Positions 12,501 through 25,342 of a stretch of 64,000 nt of DNA are shown one piece after another. Both the position numbers and the translations under genes were made by a program. The notes under the pieces were generated by a model. That model was not told the DNA's origin. It saw nothing but the letters and a program-made list of their open reading frames with translations, and made no database searches. Numbering within the stretch: the stretch's first letter is position 1; each line of letters starts with the position of its first letter. Source of the DNA: Chrysomallon squamiferum (lineage: Eukaryota; Animalia; Mollusca); NCBI GenBank assembly GCA_012295275.1, contig CM022670.1, positions 23,498,001 through 23,562,000 on the forward strand. Direction: 5' to 3'.

Positions 12501-14752
12501 TTCCAGGTAAAATATATTGAAATACATCATTTAGAATATGTCCTTGTCAGTTTCCAAGATCTCATGAAAAATTATTTTATATTAACCAGTTAAAAAAAAA
12601 AAATGTCCTTGTCTGATGCTTTCTTGTCAGGTAGGAGTTATGTTACCTTAAAGACACCCAATTGTGGTTAATATCTGTACATTAATTTTGATTAGTAATA
12701 GTTGTGAGCTTGTTTTTAATACATTCTTTTCACTTTTTCTTTTTTCAGTTTGTCACTGAAACAGGGCATGACCCTTACCAATGTTCAGTCAATAGTCAAA
12801 CACATTCGAGAGCGTGTTGAATGTGGAAAAACAGGCTTTGTTATAAATATTCCCACAATGCCTCTGTGCCAATACATGCTTCCTGGGGAACAGCTTATTG
12901 ATATGGTAAATACTCTAAAAATAGTCTCACTAATACTTTTATTGAAGTTAAGTATTAAGATCCAATGATTTTAATATTATTACATAAATTAAAAATAGAA
13001 AAAAAATTAATAGCATATATATACAAGGGACCATCAGTTATCTGAATTTATTATGATACTGAGAAAGATACACTGATATGATTTATTGGTACTACCCTAT
13101 ATTATTACTTTTTTTAAGGAGATGGAAAGCCAGGAAGACCAGGTTTATGACCGACTTGTGAATGAAACTAGAGATATTGTAGAAAGGTGATATTTTTGTA
13201 TCTATATATACTGTTATTTATTTATTTTTTTAATTTGTATAAAAACTTGTAATTTTTTTAGTTTGCAATTTCTTAATAATGTTTTATTTATTTATTTTTT
13301 ATTTTTTATTTTTTTTTTAAATTGGATTGTAAAATAAATTTTAAAACAAATTTATAATTTTTTATACACCATATTATTTTTCTAGTGTTTTAAAGTAATC
13401 CTCTAAATGCATTAATCTTGCCAAAAAATAATACAGTTGTAACTCCTCTAAAGGACACCTGATATGCCCCCCAAAGCATACCCTTCCTTAAATTACTTGT
13501 ACAGAAAGGACACCTGTCTATAACAGACAGCAGTAACTATTTTTCATTAAGAAAAATCAAAGGGGATGCTAAATTACGTGTGAAACTGCTGAAAGTTAGA
13601 CATAACTGATAAATGAAGATTACTAAGTTTTTGATGGCTAATAAATAACCAAATTTTTGATTAGGAATTAAAATAAAATGATAATTGTTACTAAATAAAA
13701 TAAACCCTTATATTTTACTTTTTATACTTCTCTAACACTGGATATAGCCAAAAGATTTCTGTTAAATCGTGGTTCTGTTTATAACATTCTCCTGTCTGAA
13801 GTCTGTCTGTAAGTATATACAGGTTTGCATATATAATTAAAATCCCCATCGATTTATCAAATAACAAACTATTATAATAATTTTATTTCTATTTTTCTTC
13901 AGTAAGCTATAAACTGTAGTTGATTGTTTCTGTTTTTCAGTACTGACTTCCATTCAGTGTTACAGAACTCTTTGGATCGAGGTTTTTCTTACTACATGGA
14001 CTGCCTTGCAGAACACTATAAACACCAAACACAGCCTACTTCACAGTACATATATTTATTTTAGTATCATTAATACATTCTTTAGATATATTAAAAAAAT
14101 ATATGTTTTATTATTTATGAGTTAAATGAATCAGAACATTTCTGCCATTTGCAGTTGGATAGTTAGTAAGAGGTGGTTTGAGCAACCTTTATTTCCATCA
14201 AAAGAAAATGATTAATTATCTTTCATAGCTTTATTTCTGGACACTGAGTGTAAACAACAGAGGATGATTTGTATTATGACAAAACAAATAAATGATGTTT
14301 CCTAACATCTCTGTTTCAGTCTGCATGAAGTAACAATTCCCCTGGCCAAGCTGGTTCCAGTGGTTGACAGTTTACTACACAAACTGTGTTGTGATGCTCC
14401 CAACCCCATGATGCAGGTAATATTTATTTCTTCGTTCTCAAGTGTTTTAAAAAACATTAATGAAATACATTTGTTGTTATGGATATGATAGATTAATTTC
14501 AGACGTACACAGTTCAGAAAACGGATCATTTATACAACTGATAAACCTGTCAAAAGGAAATGGGAAATCTTATACCAAAGTAACAAGCAGCCAAAGCATA
14601 CTTTCTTGCATTTTACTTGTAACTGCATGCTACAGAAATTGTTTATTTCACTTTTTGTTGTTCAGGAACTGTTGCTGCTTGAGGATGTGAAGACATTATC
14701 AGCCAATATTTATGAAGCTTTCAGTGAGCAAGCAGATACTGTGACAAACTGA
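9091..14752 (+). CDS. PEX3: Peroxisomal biogenesis factor 3 (peroxin-3), 13 exons, 368 aa by my assembly
   Basis: Exons 9091-9163, 9589-9673, 10446-10492, 10804-10885, 11172-11215, 11393-11514, 11844-11928, 12452-12506, 12749-12905, 13119-13186, 13941-14045, 14320-14416, 14666-14752 sum to 1107 nt in frame. PEX3 hallmarks: [85 protein letters not shown]. Confidence 0.96.
13433..13830. mobile_element. Possible decayed Tc1/pogo-type MITE in PEX3 intron 10
   Basis: Starts TA-CAGTTGTAACTCCTCTAAAGGACACCTG with a subterminal repeat AAAGGACACCTG at ~13505; the right end is degenerate. Confidence 0.35.
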
Positions 14753-16389
14753 CTCCACTTTTTATACTTTATTCATTTACTATAAATGTGCATTCTCTTG
14801 AAACATGTATGATGCTTAAAATCACTGCTTGGTTGTCATAAATATCTCTTAAGCAATATATTTTTATTGGTATCTTATAAGGTTGTTTTATTGTTATTAA
14901 AAAAAAAAAAAAAAAAAAAATATATTTATGTAAAATCAAATTCCTGGACTTTTTTATCAGATAATCAGAGACAGATGGGGATTGGAAATTTATTTATTTT
15001 ATTATTATTATTTGTTTTAATTTGTTTAATTTATTTATTTGTTTATTTTTTAAAGTTTCTTTTGAACATTTCTGAGATTGTAGTTACACCACTAGGTCAG
15101 TGTGTCAATTATAAAAAGAAAACAATTAATCAGTTCAAGGTAATTTTTAACTTTGTTAAAGATTGTAATGACATTGTTATTAATCATCAAAGCCAAAATA
15201 TTAAACATGCCTATTTGCTTTAGAAAAACCGACAGTGATAAAGATCCATTTATGTTTATAAAATATCAAGTTACATTAACCATAGAACATAAGGCACACA
15301 ACACATATATTAATAAGTCTTCTTTGAAAGGTTTCATATATACAGTCTGAATTTGGTTGATTAGTCAAACATATATTCAGAATAACATTCTACATATTTT
15401 GCTTAAGCAACCTTCACATATACTGTCAAAGATTTCTGATATGTGTACCATTAAAACATTCCATTAGACATCCAGCTTTTGCCTCTAAAAATCTCTTAAC
15501 CACATGTTCATTTTCAACCATAATCATCTTTAACAATATTGCTATAATGGAATGCACAAGTTAAAAACGAAACAGAATTATGTATTCCACTTACGTAATA
15601 ATACTCAATTTTATCATTCCATACATTAATTTTATAAACTTGAAATTAAATCCTCCATTTCCACAGTCTTACAGAATTAAATCATTAAATGTGTTTGGAA
15701 TAATAGGTTAATTTAGTTTAATCTACCAAAAGGTAAATTCTAGCTTGCCTTTTATTTTATAATTAAATGTATTGGAATATATCATCAATACAGTATGTAT
15801 CTGGAAGATGGTTTAAATAACAGGATTATGGGTTACTGGTATCTTCTGTTTTATTCTCCTGCCCTGTTGTGTCAGCTACTGATTTTATTTCAGTCATAAC
15901 TGTTTAAAATAATTACATGTGAAAAAAATGTAACACATTCTCTTATATGTTGTTGACTGATTAATGGTTTTAATGAATAAAATTCTACATATTTAGAATT
16001 TTTGAAAATTGATAAATGTACTTTATTTAATAAAATATTCCATTTGTAAGATTTTATATTTTAAAATGTATGGCTTCTTTTTTTTCTTTTTTTCCAAAAT
16101 TGTATTGTCAAGGTATTATTTCAAATTAAATTAGGATTCTCATTTTCAGAATCCAGTGTTATACTGCCTGAGCTAAGAAATGAAACTGTCAAACAAATTA
16201 CCTTTTTATGATGTAAATTTAAAAACAAATTCATGATTCCAGTAGAAGTATTATTTTTTTTTTTTAGTAATTTCATTTTAAAAATATTATTATTATTATT
16301 ATCATTATTAATTTTTTCTTTAATTTTTTTTCAGTTGAAAAAATAATTTTATTTCTAATATTTCATCATTTCATTTCTGTTCAGAATAC

Positions 16390-18065
16390 TGTTAATAATA
16401 TAAAAGAGAAACAAAAATATAAATAAAGTAAATTTATAAAACAAAAATAACAGGAAAGTAAAATTTTAAAAAGAAAAAACTGAATAGAAATAATAAATCA
16501 ATAAAGAGAAATAAAAGTAAAATAGTAAAATGAAAATAAAATTTAAAAAACAAAACATTAAGTAAATAACAAAAATAGTAAAGTAAATTGAATCTAAAAA
16601 AATAAGAATAAGAAAACAAAATTAATAATGAAATAAAAATAGAATTATTAATAAGTTATAAAACGATAAAATTAAAATAGTAAATAAATAAAATAACATA
16701 AAAATAGAAAAACAAAATGTATATGTAGATGTGCATGCATTTGTGTTTGTGTGCATATATATATATATATATATAAATAAAATAAAACACAGAAAGGAAA
16801 ATTTAAAAAATAAACATAAAAACAAATAAATAACTACAAGTTAAAAGAAGAGAAAAATGAATATAAATATAAAAGTAAAATCACCACTGAAAATAAATGA
16901 TGTAAAATATTAATAAAGTAAAACTGAAATAAATATAAACAGAGAAAAAAATAAAAAACAAAACAAAGAAAGGTAAATTGAAAATAAAATATAATAGATG
17001 TGAATTTTAAAATATTTAAAATTAAATAAATACATAAAATTAATAAAGTAAATAAAAAATAGAGAAAATAACTAAAAACAAAAACAAAAGTAATAAAAAA
17101 AAGAAAAAAATGAAAAATAAAAACAAAAATAATAAAATGAAACGCAGTAAAATAGAAATAAAGCAATAAAAATATTAAAAATAAAACAAGTAGAATATAA
17201 AAGAAAAAATAATATTAATAATGAAAAATAAAATAAAAATAAAGCATTAATTGATTTAAAAATAAATAAATAAATCTAAAATAAAACAAAGAATGAATGT
17301 TGTAAATAATAATAAAAACAATGAAGAGTAGTCAGTTAGTTTATTTTAAAACAATTGTAAAGAAATACAAAATACTCAATAATTGTCTTATGCCAAAGAA
17401 AACTTATAAGAGTTACAAATTATAAAATGGATTTCATTTTTAAATTATTTATCACATTTAGTGTTATATACAGAAAGATAGATATAAATTTTGAAAGTAT
17501 TCAACAAAAAAAACCCATGAAAATTAAAGAAGAATAAAAAAATAATAGTAATAAAGAAATTAAATAAATATATAAAATTAAGTAAAAAATATAGAACTAA
17601 AATAAGGGTAAAAAAATTACTGCAAAGCAAAAATATTAAATTAAAACAATACAGTAAGTAAAATAAAAAAGTGAATTAAAAACAAATAAAAAGAATAAAA
17701 ATGAAACAAAGTAAAATAGAAATAATAAAATTAATAAAAATAAAACAAGTAGAATATAAAATAAAAACATTAATAAAGAAAAAAACATTAATAAAAAAAA
17801 ATAAAGCAAAGTATGGTAAAATACCTCTTTTTTTTCACAAATAATAAAATAGTGTATATAAAAAAAATTAATAGTAATAATATAAAATAAAAATGATTTC
17901 TTTTCTTAATTATTTATTCTTTTTTTTTTTTTTTTTTTTTTTTTAGTTATTTAAAATATAGTAAAGAAACATTTTCCCAAAATATGTTCTGAATATTATA
18001 AATAATAATGGAAACAGTAAAGAGTAGTATATTAGTTTAATTTAAAACAATTGTGAAGAAATGAA
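16390..18065. repeat. A-rich low-complexity tract with a degenerate internal duplication
   Basis: GTAAAATAGAAATA...AAAATAAAACAAGTAGAATATAAAA at ~17147 and ~17711; AAGAGTAGT..TTAGTTTA.TTTAAAACAATTGT.AAGAAAT at ~17324 and ~18020. Confidence 0.8.
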
Positions 18066-18851
18066 TTTTAGATTTATATAAATTTAAAGACACGTGAAAA
18101 TATATTTTGCTAAATAAATTCTGTGATTAAAAAGCAAAAGCTTCAACAAAAAATTGTAAAATTGTTTTTAATTAAAATACAAACCACAGCAGTGTCAATT
18201 TTCATGCTTGGTATAAAGTATAAAAAGTATGGTTATTAATAATAATTTAATCAAATAGTATTTTAATTATTTATTAATTTGATCAAATGTATTTGCTGTT
18301 CATTACAGTTTATATTTTCACCATTAAAGGAATTGTTATTGTTTTTTTTTTGTTTTTTTTTGTAAATATCATTTACTTATACAAAAGCATAACTGATTAA
18401 ATGATTAATAATTTAAAAGAAATACAATGCTCCCCCTCCAAAGAAAAACTCTAAATTCTTTTAAAGTGATTATGTACATAAAAATATTTAATTAAAAATG
18501 GAAATATTTTAAATATGTAAAAAAAAGACTTGCAAAAGAATTTAGTTTCTCAATCCAAAATTTCACAATTAGGTATCATTTATACATTATAACATTTATT
18601 TCACTTGTATTTTAATTATTAAATTAGAAACAATTTTCTCAAGTAATTTTATAAAAATTTTAATTCAATGTATATAAAAGCTCTTGACTAAAATGTATAA
18701 ACTATTAATATAAATGGGCTAAAAGATAAAATTAACATAATTAACCATTCAAAATTAAAACTGATAATTAAAAGATAAACAGTGATTATAAAAATAATTA
18801 CATATTATATTAAATGTTAATTAAATATAAATAGCACTACTAAATAAAACA

Positions 18852-18980
18852 GTCATGGCCGTAACTAGACTGTTTTTGAAATGAGGCTGAAACATGTAAT
18901 CGCTGAGCAGAGAGGGGCAAACAAATTTGGGGTGAGGAATCTGGTGGCCTTCAGCAGCCTCCAGAAGTTCCAACTTCAAA
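18852..18980. mobile_element. Possible MITE-end remnant
   Basis: Isolated GC-rich patch beginning CATGGCCGTAACTAG in very AT-rich surroundings; no partner TIR found. Confidence 0.25.
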
Positions 18981-20441
18981 TGATAACTGTAGACATGAAC
19001 ACATTCTTTCAATGGATATCATTTCTATCAGAATAGAGATTTATATTTTAAAGTTTTTAAATAAAATCATTATTTTTGGTATGAAGCATTTGGCTCATTT
19101 GCTTCTTGTAGTTATAGCCATGACTGTAAAATTAAAAAATATATTTTTTATATGTTAAAATACTCGGGAAAGTGTAATTACAGTTTGTGCTTTTGTCAGG
19201 TGTTATTTTCTCATGCTTGGTCAAAATGATTAACAAAAGTCAAGAAAAACTGCAAATTTGTTGTTTACAACTGAACAGAAAAGTTTTAATATACACAAAA
19301 AGACCATGAAATACTTCATCTAAAATCTTTTATCAATTTATACCCACCAAAACATAAAAACAACTTTTTTAAAACTATATCTTTTTTTATATATATATAT
19401 GTGTGTATTTTTTTAATGCTATAAAGAAACAGAAAACGATTTCACATGTTAAAGATATTATTAATTCTGTTTTCTAAAAATATATTATAAAAACGATACT
19501 CTAAACTTAAAATGAAAATATAAAATATGTAAGATTACAAGTAACAAATAAAAACACAAACACACAGAACAAACGTAAGTTAACATAAAGTAAATAAATA
19601 CTATTAAATCTTTATCACAGCAGTTTTGACAAATAAAACCAATCATTTCACTAAACACACTATATTACTGAGCATCAACAAATTACACTCCAGGTAGTTA
19701 TGGCTGTTATCACATAGGAGTAAAAGTGTTGACTGTCCAAGATAATCTGGACTATTCAGTTAACACTGTCCCATTATCTGTGTTTGTTATGAAAATTCAG
19801 AAGCATTCATCAAAAAATAATGGATAAAAGTAAGTGACAAAAAATAGCAATCAAATTATCTAATTCATTTCCGATAATGCTTTGAACCAAAAGAGAATGA
19901 TGACCTTCGTATAACTTTCTAATAATATTATTTTCTTTATTTACCTTATTTTTTTAGTAAAGGCTGGTTTTCAAAAATAAAACTCATTAAAGGATTACAG
20001 AATCTCTTCAGGATATTTTTTGCCACTGTTTTAGAAACAGCAGATAAGAACTTCAACAAATTGAGATTTGCTGCCATTTTTTGTGCTTTGTGGGTGTACA
20101 TTAATGACTGCTTTACAAGAACAAATAATAACTTAGTACATTAGGAATACAAACAACTAGTAAAAAGAGATAAGTAAAAAATATTGAATGAGAAACGTTG
20201 TTGTACCTGTAAACAATGATCAGTATTAATTTCTTTTGCTAACTATAGATGAGTAAATGAAAACACTTACACATTTTCGTTTGGTTAAGGTTAGAACTGA
20301 AGTTATAGTCATTTTACATTTTGGTTTTTTTTTCACAACCAGGATGTTTTTAATATTGATTAGATAATATAATGTATTTCCATCAGAGATGAGAATAATA
20401 TGGATGATATCTTACAATTTCCAGATTAATTTGAGTCAGAT

Positions 20442-23400
20442 CTATCTGAGGTTACGATACATGCAAACTGACAAAACCAGTTCCACAAGCTGAAAAAGAT
20501 ATTGATACAAAAAAATTAGATCTGAAACTTGGAAAAGTATTTATATGAGTACAGGTGTGTTAAATATTGTAACAATTCTCTCTAGATGTTGTTTTTTTTT
20601 TTTTTTTTTTTTAACCTTTCTTACATGTTTAAGATATAAATATTTAATCAAATTTTACTCAATAATTTAACTCAAACTGTGAAAGTATAATATTACCATT
20701 GCACATAAAGACATATGTAAATTTATATTAAATATCATCAAATTACAATTTTAGGATCAATTATTATTAACAAATTACTCTCTGACTTTCTTACAAATCT
20801 ACAATATTTCGTTTCTTTCTCTCCTGTTTTTAGTGACTCACCATGATAACAGCAACAACAATGGCAGCAGTGCCTATCACTATTCCAGTTTTACGCAGAT
20901 GGTATTCAAGTTTGTCAAAACAGCCCTGAAATACAATCATTTTTACATCATTTAACAGCTAAGAATTTGAAACGTTATGAAAACATTCTAAGTCCATCCA
21001 TTTTGCCCAAATGCCTCTTTTTTTTTTTTTTTTTTTTTTTTGTCAAATGAGAATTAACAAAAATACTTTTTTTCATGGCTTTCAAAAATATGTTTATTAT
21101 TTAATTTATTCAACATTTGTTTTCTTGGGTAGTGATGAAGTATTTAATGTACAGCTTACAGTGGTGTAGAGTGTATAGTTCCACACTGCTGAATCTCCAT
21201 ACACAGGTGGGCCATGCCTTGGAGGCTGACCCACTACATCCTCAACACCAGTACACAGATTTAGGTCACCAGGACCACAGCAGCTTTTAGGTACATAACT
21301 ACCATCTAAAACAGACATTGGAAAAAAACAAAAAAAAAAAACATAATAGAATGTGAATATTCTGTAAAAATCAATAAAAAAAAATAAAAAAATGAGTATA
21401 TCCAATCAAAAGACATCATCCAAGTTAAATTTAAAAAAAAGTACATTACTGAAGTAAAAAAAGAGGAGTCAGTATGAACTTCTATTCTGTCTAAAGATTA
21501 ACTGATGTGCACACAGCATATCTACTTCATCAGATTCTCAACAATTATTAATATGACCTTTAGTGTGATACATTCTAAAGTTGCAGACACATTCATTATA
21601 TTTATAGTATCTGATTTTTTTTCCAAAATATTTTTAGTTCTAGCAACAATCTTGACCTGTTACTGGAAACATTGTTGAATGGTAAATGAAAGATACTAAA
21701 ATTAGTTTCAATCAGGAATATGTCACATATTTTTGCAAGTTTCCTAAAATTAGAGAAAGGTGATTGTGTCCATGTGAGAAAACCTTTCCATTGTAAAATG
21801 AAACTTATTATCATACTTTATGATATTATCCCCTCTGACTAATGCAATGATTACTGCACCTGTAGATATGCACTGCAAACTGAAATAAAATCTATTCTGA
21901 ATGAAAATAATAAAATCAAAAACATACGTGATTTATTGGTATGAAACCAAACGCTTTTTTCTTTGTACAAAGCCCAAGAAGTTGAAGAATTACCATCTCC
22001 ATAAGCTCCACAACATTCGAACTATATCAGAATAAATATTTATTAAACTTTATAAATTATTAGTTACTAAAAATGTGCCTTTAATATATACTAAAAATAA
22101 TGGAAACAGTGTTAAGTATTGAAATGAATTTAAAAAAAAAAAAAAAAAAAAAAAATTTGTTGAATTTTATTTAGATCTTTATAAAGAAATAGAAAAATTA
22201 ATTTATCTAAGCTCACACTAAATCAAATAAATAAAAATATAATTGATATATATGATTTCTGAGCAAAGAAAATCATTCTGTAAGTAGCTGTTTAACTGGA
22301 CACAGATTTTTAAAACTTACTGCTTGTTGCACTCTGTCCCACGAATTGGTGATATCGCGATTTGCTTTGTTTGTTTCAATATTCACTCCATAGTTTTCAC
22401 ACACATGAGATTCCAGTGTAGACTTCACTTTATCTTCCAGCTTTAAAAATAACAAAATCTTATTGTTAGTTCCATTAAATTATTTTGCCAGTTTCATTTT
22501 CCTTAATGGTGTTTAACATTGCTTTCATTCACATTTGTTTAAAAACTAAATGTATCATGTAACGTAAGTTTCTAAAAATGCTAAAATTATTAAATTATTT
22601 TTGTTGTATTGTTTTGTGTTGGACTGGGTAGGGTTGGTTTGGCTTGGGCAGGCAGAGGTGGTTTGTATTGTATTATATTATTTAATATCTTCAGCCATGT
22701 TTTCTTAAAACCTGTTGTACTCTGAATAACAATACTATAATAGCCAGTTGAAATAAACTGAAATATTAACAGTATTTCCTCCATAAATAATTATCAATAA
22801 GACATAAAAATACATAACTGTTATAAACATGTTACAAAACATGGTGATAACTTACCTCACCAACAAGAATGTATCCCAGAATTCCTGCTACAAAAAGCAT
22901 GACTGACATAAAAGATAAGAGACCCAAATGCTGAAAAGAAAATAATTAATGAATAAGCTAATTATGCTATTTTTTTTCAATAGTGTCATAACAGCAAAAT
23001 TCTTGCATATTGTTGAGAGAAAGTATATTAATATTATGATGATGTTTTTAATGGTGATAAATTATAAACCTTTAATTAATCATTTAATTTAAACCTTTCT
23101 TTATCCATAACTGATATACATAAAGAAATATTTTCAAATTATTTAGATTTAAACTTACCAAACCTAAAAGGCACTTGTAAGGAATAAGAACTCCACAGAG
23201 ACCAATCAGACTGAGTCCAACAATAGCTCCACCTATGATGATGAGCATGTAAGAATCCACCCTGTACAGTTCCACTCCAATCAGAGTAGACAACTGCCTG
23301 CTGCCATATTCCGCTTCATTTGTCCAAATTCCTATACCAAGTATTGCTATTCCTCCAATCTAATAAAACACAAAATAAACACAAAACATTTAGGATTTTA

Positions 23401-24053
23401 CAAACGATGATGAATGCTTTGTTGAGGAAAACAAATGATCATTCACTCAAAATTGAATGGGTGCACAAAAACATGCATTTTTCTCATCTTAAAAATACTT
23501 TTATTATCTTTAATTAAGTAGCTCACATTTGATTTTAAATAAAACTAAAAAGGAAAATAATTTAATCATGTTTTTTTTTTTTTTTTTTTTTTTAAATAAT
23601 TTTATATAAACAACATGTTAAAACATTTTTGGAACTTTAATAAGAACTTCAACATTTTTTAAAATAAATGTGTAAAAGAATATTATTAAAATGTATTCAT
23701 ACAAGTAAAATGAGAAGCAGGAGAGCATGAACAAGTCGGACTTGCTTAGATAAGTGTACATGACTACTGAATTACGTAATTACGTTAATTTACTATTATA
23801 CTTACAAAAACAGCCAACAGAAATATAAGGAGGCCAATTCGAATGTAAGATGTGAGGCTGGTTTTTTCCATAGAACTGGCCTCCACACCAAAAATATTCC
23901 TGGTATTTAGTGTATTCATTTGGTCATCACCATCACTGTCGTTAAATGATGAAAATTTCATTTTTTCTTTGAGAAACTGAGTAGAAGCATTCACTTTTAT
24001 GGCATATCTGTCATGGTAAACAGGTTCTGGTCCTAAGCTGAAACAGAAGTGAA

Positions 24054-24090
<37 letters not shown>

Positions 24091-24541
24091 GACAACATTT
24101 ATAAGTAGTCTTGATAAACTGGTGACAGCAGTATATGCGTCGATTCACAAAAATGTTTGATGATATGTGTTAAATAAACCAGGTTTTTAAAATACTTTTA
24201 AAATATTTATTTATTTATTTATTTTAACACGTATAATATATATTAATACAGTTAATAATTCTGTCGTGGTTATTAATTATTATGCTTTATTTACTGATAT
24301 AATTTATACTATATTATAAAATAAATATTTCTTTATAATTTATACCATATTATAACATAAAATATTCAATCTACCTGACAATCGAAAATTACCTTAAAGT
24401 ATCAAACACCTTCAATGCATTCAGTACGAATTAGTAAACTCCAGTGGATTAACATTAACTTTCTTGTTTTAGTAAAACAAAATATGTCACTTTAAACTCA
24501 CCTTTGACTAAATCAGGCGGCATCTCCGTGTTGTTTACCAT
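20442..24541 (-). CDS. Tetraspanin paralogue A (divergent copy), 9 coding exons, ~344 aa
   Basis: Exons 24541-24502, 24032-23806, 23359-23159, 22930-22856, 22440-22321, 22021-21928, 21305-21160, 20925-20842, 20489-20442. Four hydrophobic segments; EC2 reads WDRVQQAFECCG...VPKSCC...C...GCF. Exon 1 and the exact exon-2 acceptor are less certain. Confidence 0.92.
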
Positions 24542-24715
24542 GTCCAGGAAGAAGACAGGTAGCGCTACCTACAGGTAACCGTGACTGGCGTGACACCATC
24601 CACCGAATTAGATCTGACTACTGCACGACCGCAGCTCGGGTCGGAACTATTCAGAAACGACGTAACTGCGTTGTGACGTTTTAAAACATCTCCACTCTTA
24701 AAATTATCCATGATC

Positions 24716-25014
24716 TGGGGTGGATCTAGATGGGAGGGTTCAAGGCGTCCGGACCCCCACAAAATTTGTTTATTTATTCATATTTTTATTATTATTATTT
24801 TTATTATTTTTTATTTTTTTTTTTTTTTTTTTTATTTATTTATTTATTTATTTTTTTTTTTTTTTTTTTTTGTCACTAAATAGAACACAGTACGTCTGCA
24901 AGCGCCGCTGTTGTAGCTCTGTTATATTACGGCCCATGTGAACCGGGGGTAATTTTTCAACAGTGCCTTTTCATAATATTATGGCACCCCATCGGAAAAG
25001 CTGGATCCGCCCCA
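24716..25014. mobile_element. Non-autonomous DNA transposon (MITE) in the tetraspanin A promoter
   Basis: Inverted ends TGGGGTGGATCTAG ... CTGGATCCGCCCCA (12/14 complementary), ~300 bp, with an internal T-rich tract. Confidence 0.75.
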
Positions 25015-25051
25015 GGTGATATGGATGTCACAACAATGTAATTTAAAAGTC

Positions 25052-25092
<41 letters not shown>

Positions 25093-25097
<5 letters not shown>

Positions 25098-25305
25098 GGT
25101 GGCTCAAAAGTAGGTTTACAGTTATTACGTAGGCAATTTATTTTAAAATACAAGCATGTTTCAAGCATTAAACAGAAACTGTTTAATCTCTCAGGTGCTC
25201 AAAATGTCCTCCTTCAACATTGTATTTTATGTTAATTGTACTTAGCAAATAACTTCAAGCATATGAACGATTGTTTAATAACTGTAAACCTACTTTTGGG
25301 CCACC

Positions 25306-25309
<4 letters not shown>
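25093..25309. mobile_element. Tc1/mariner-type MITE flanked by (CA)n on the left and (TG)n on the right
   Basis: ~33-bp TIRs: CAGGGGTGGCTCAAAAGTAGGTTTACAGTTATTA and TAATAACTGTAAACCTACTTTTGGGCCACCTTG. Confidence 0.85.

Positions 25310-25342
<33 letters not shown>

Noticed and set aside
14046-14319. Possible U12 intron in PEX3 (TTCCTAAC near the acceptor)
   Set aside because: Donor GTACAT does not match the U12 consensus RTATCCTT.
16434-17630. Phe/Leu/Ile-rich 'membrane protein' ORFs
   Set aside because: Reverse translation of the A-rich low-complexity tract.
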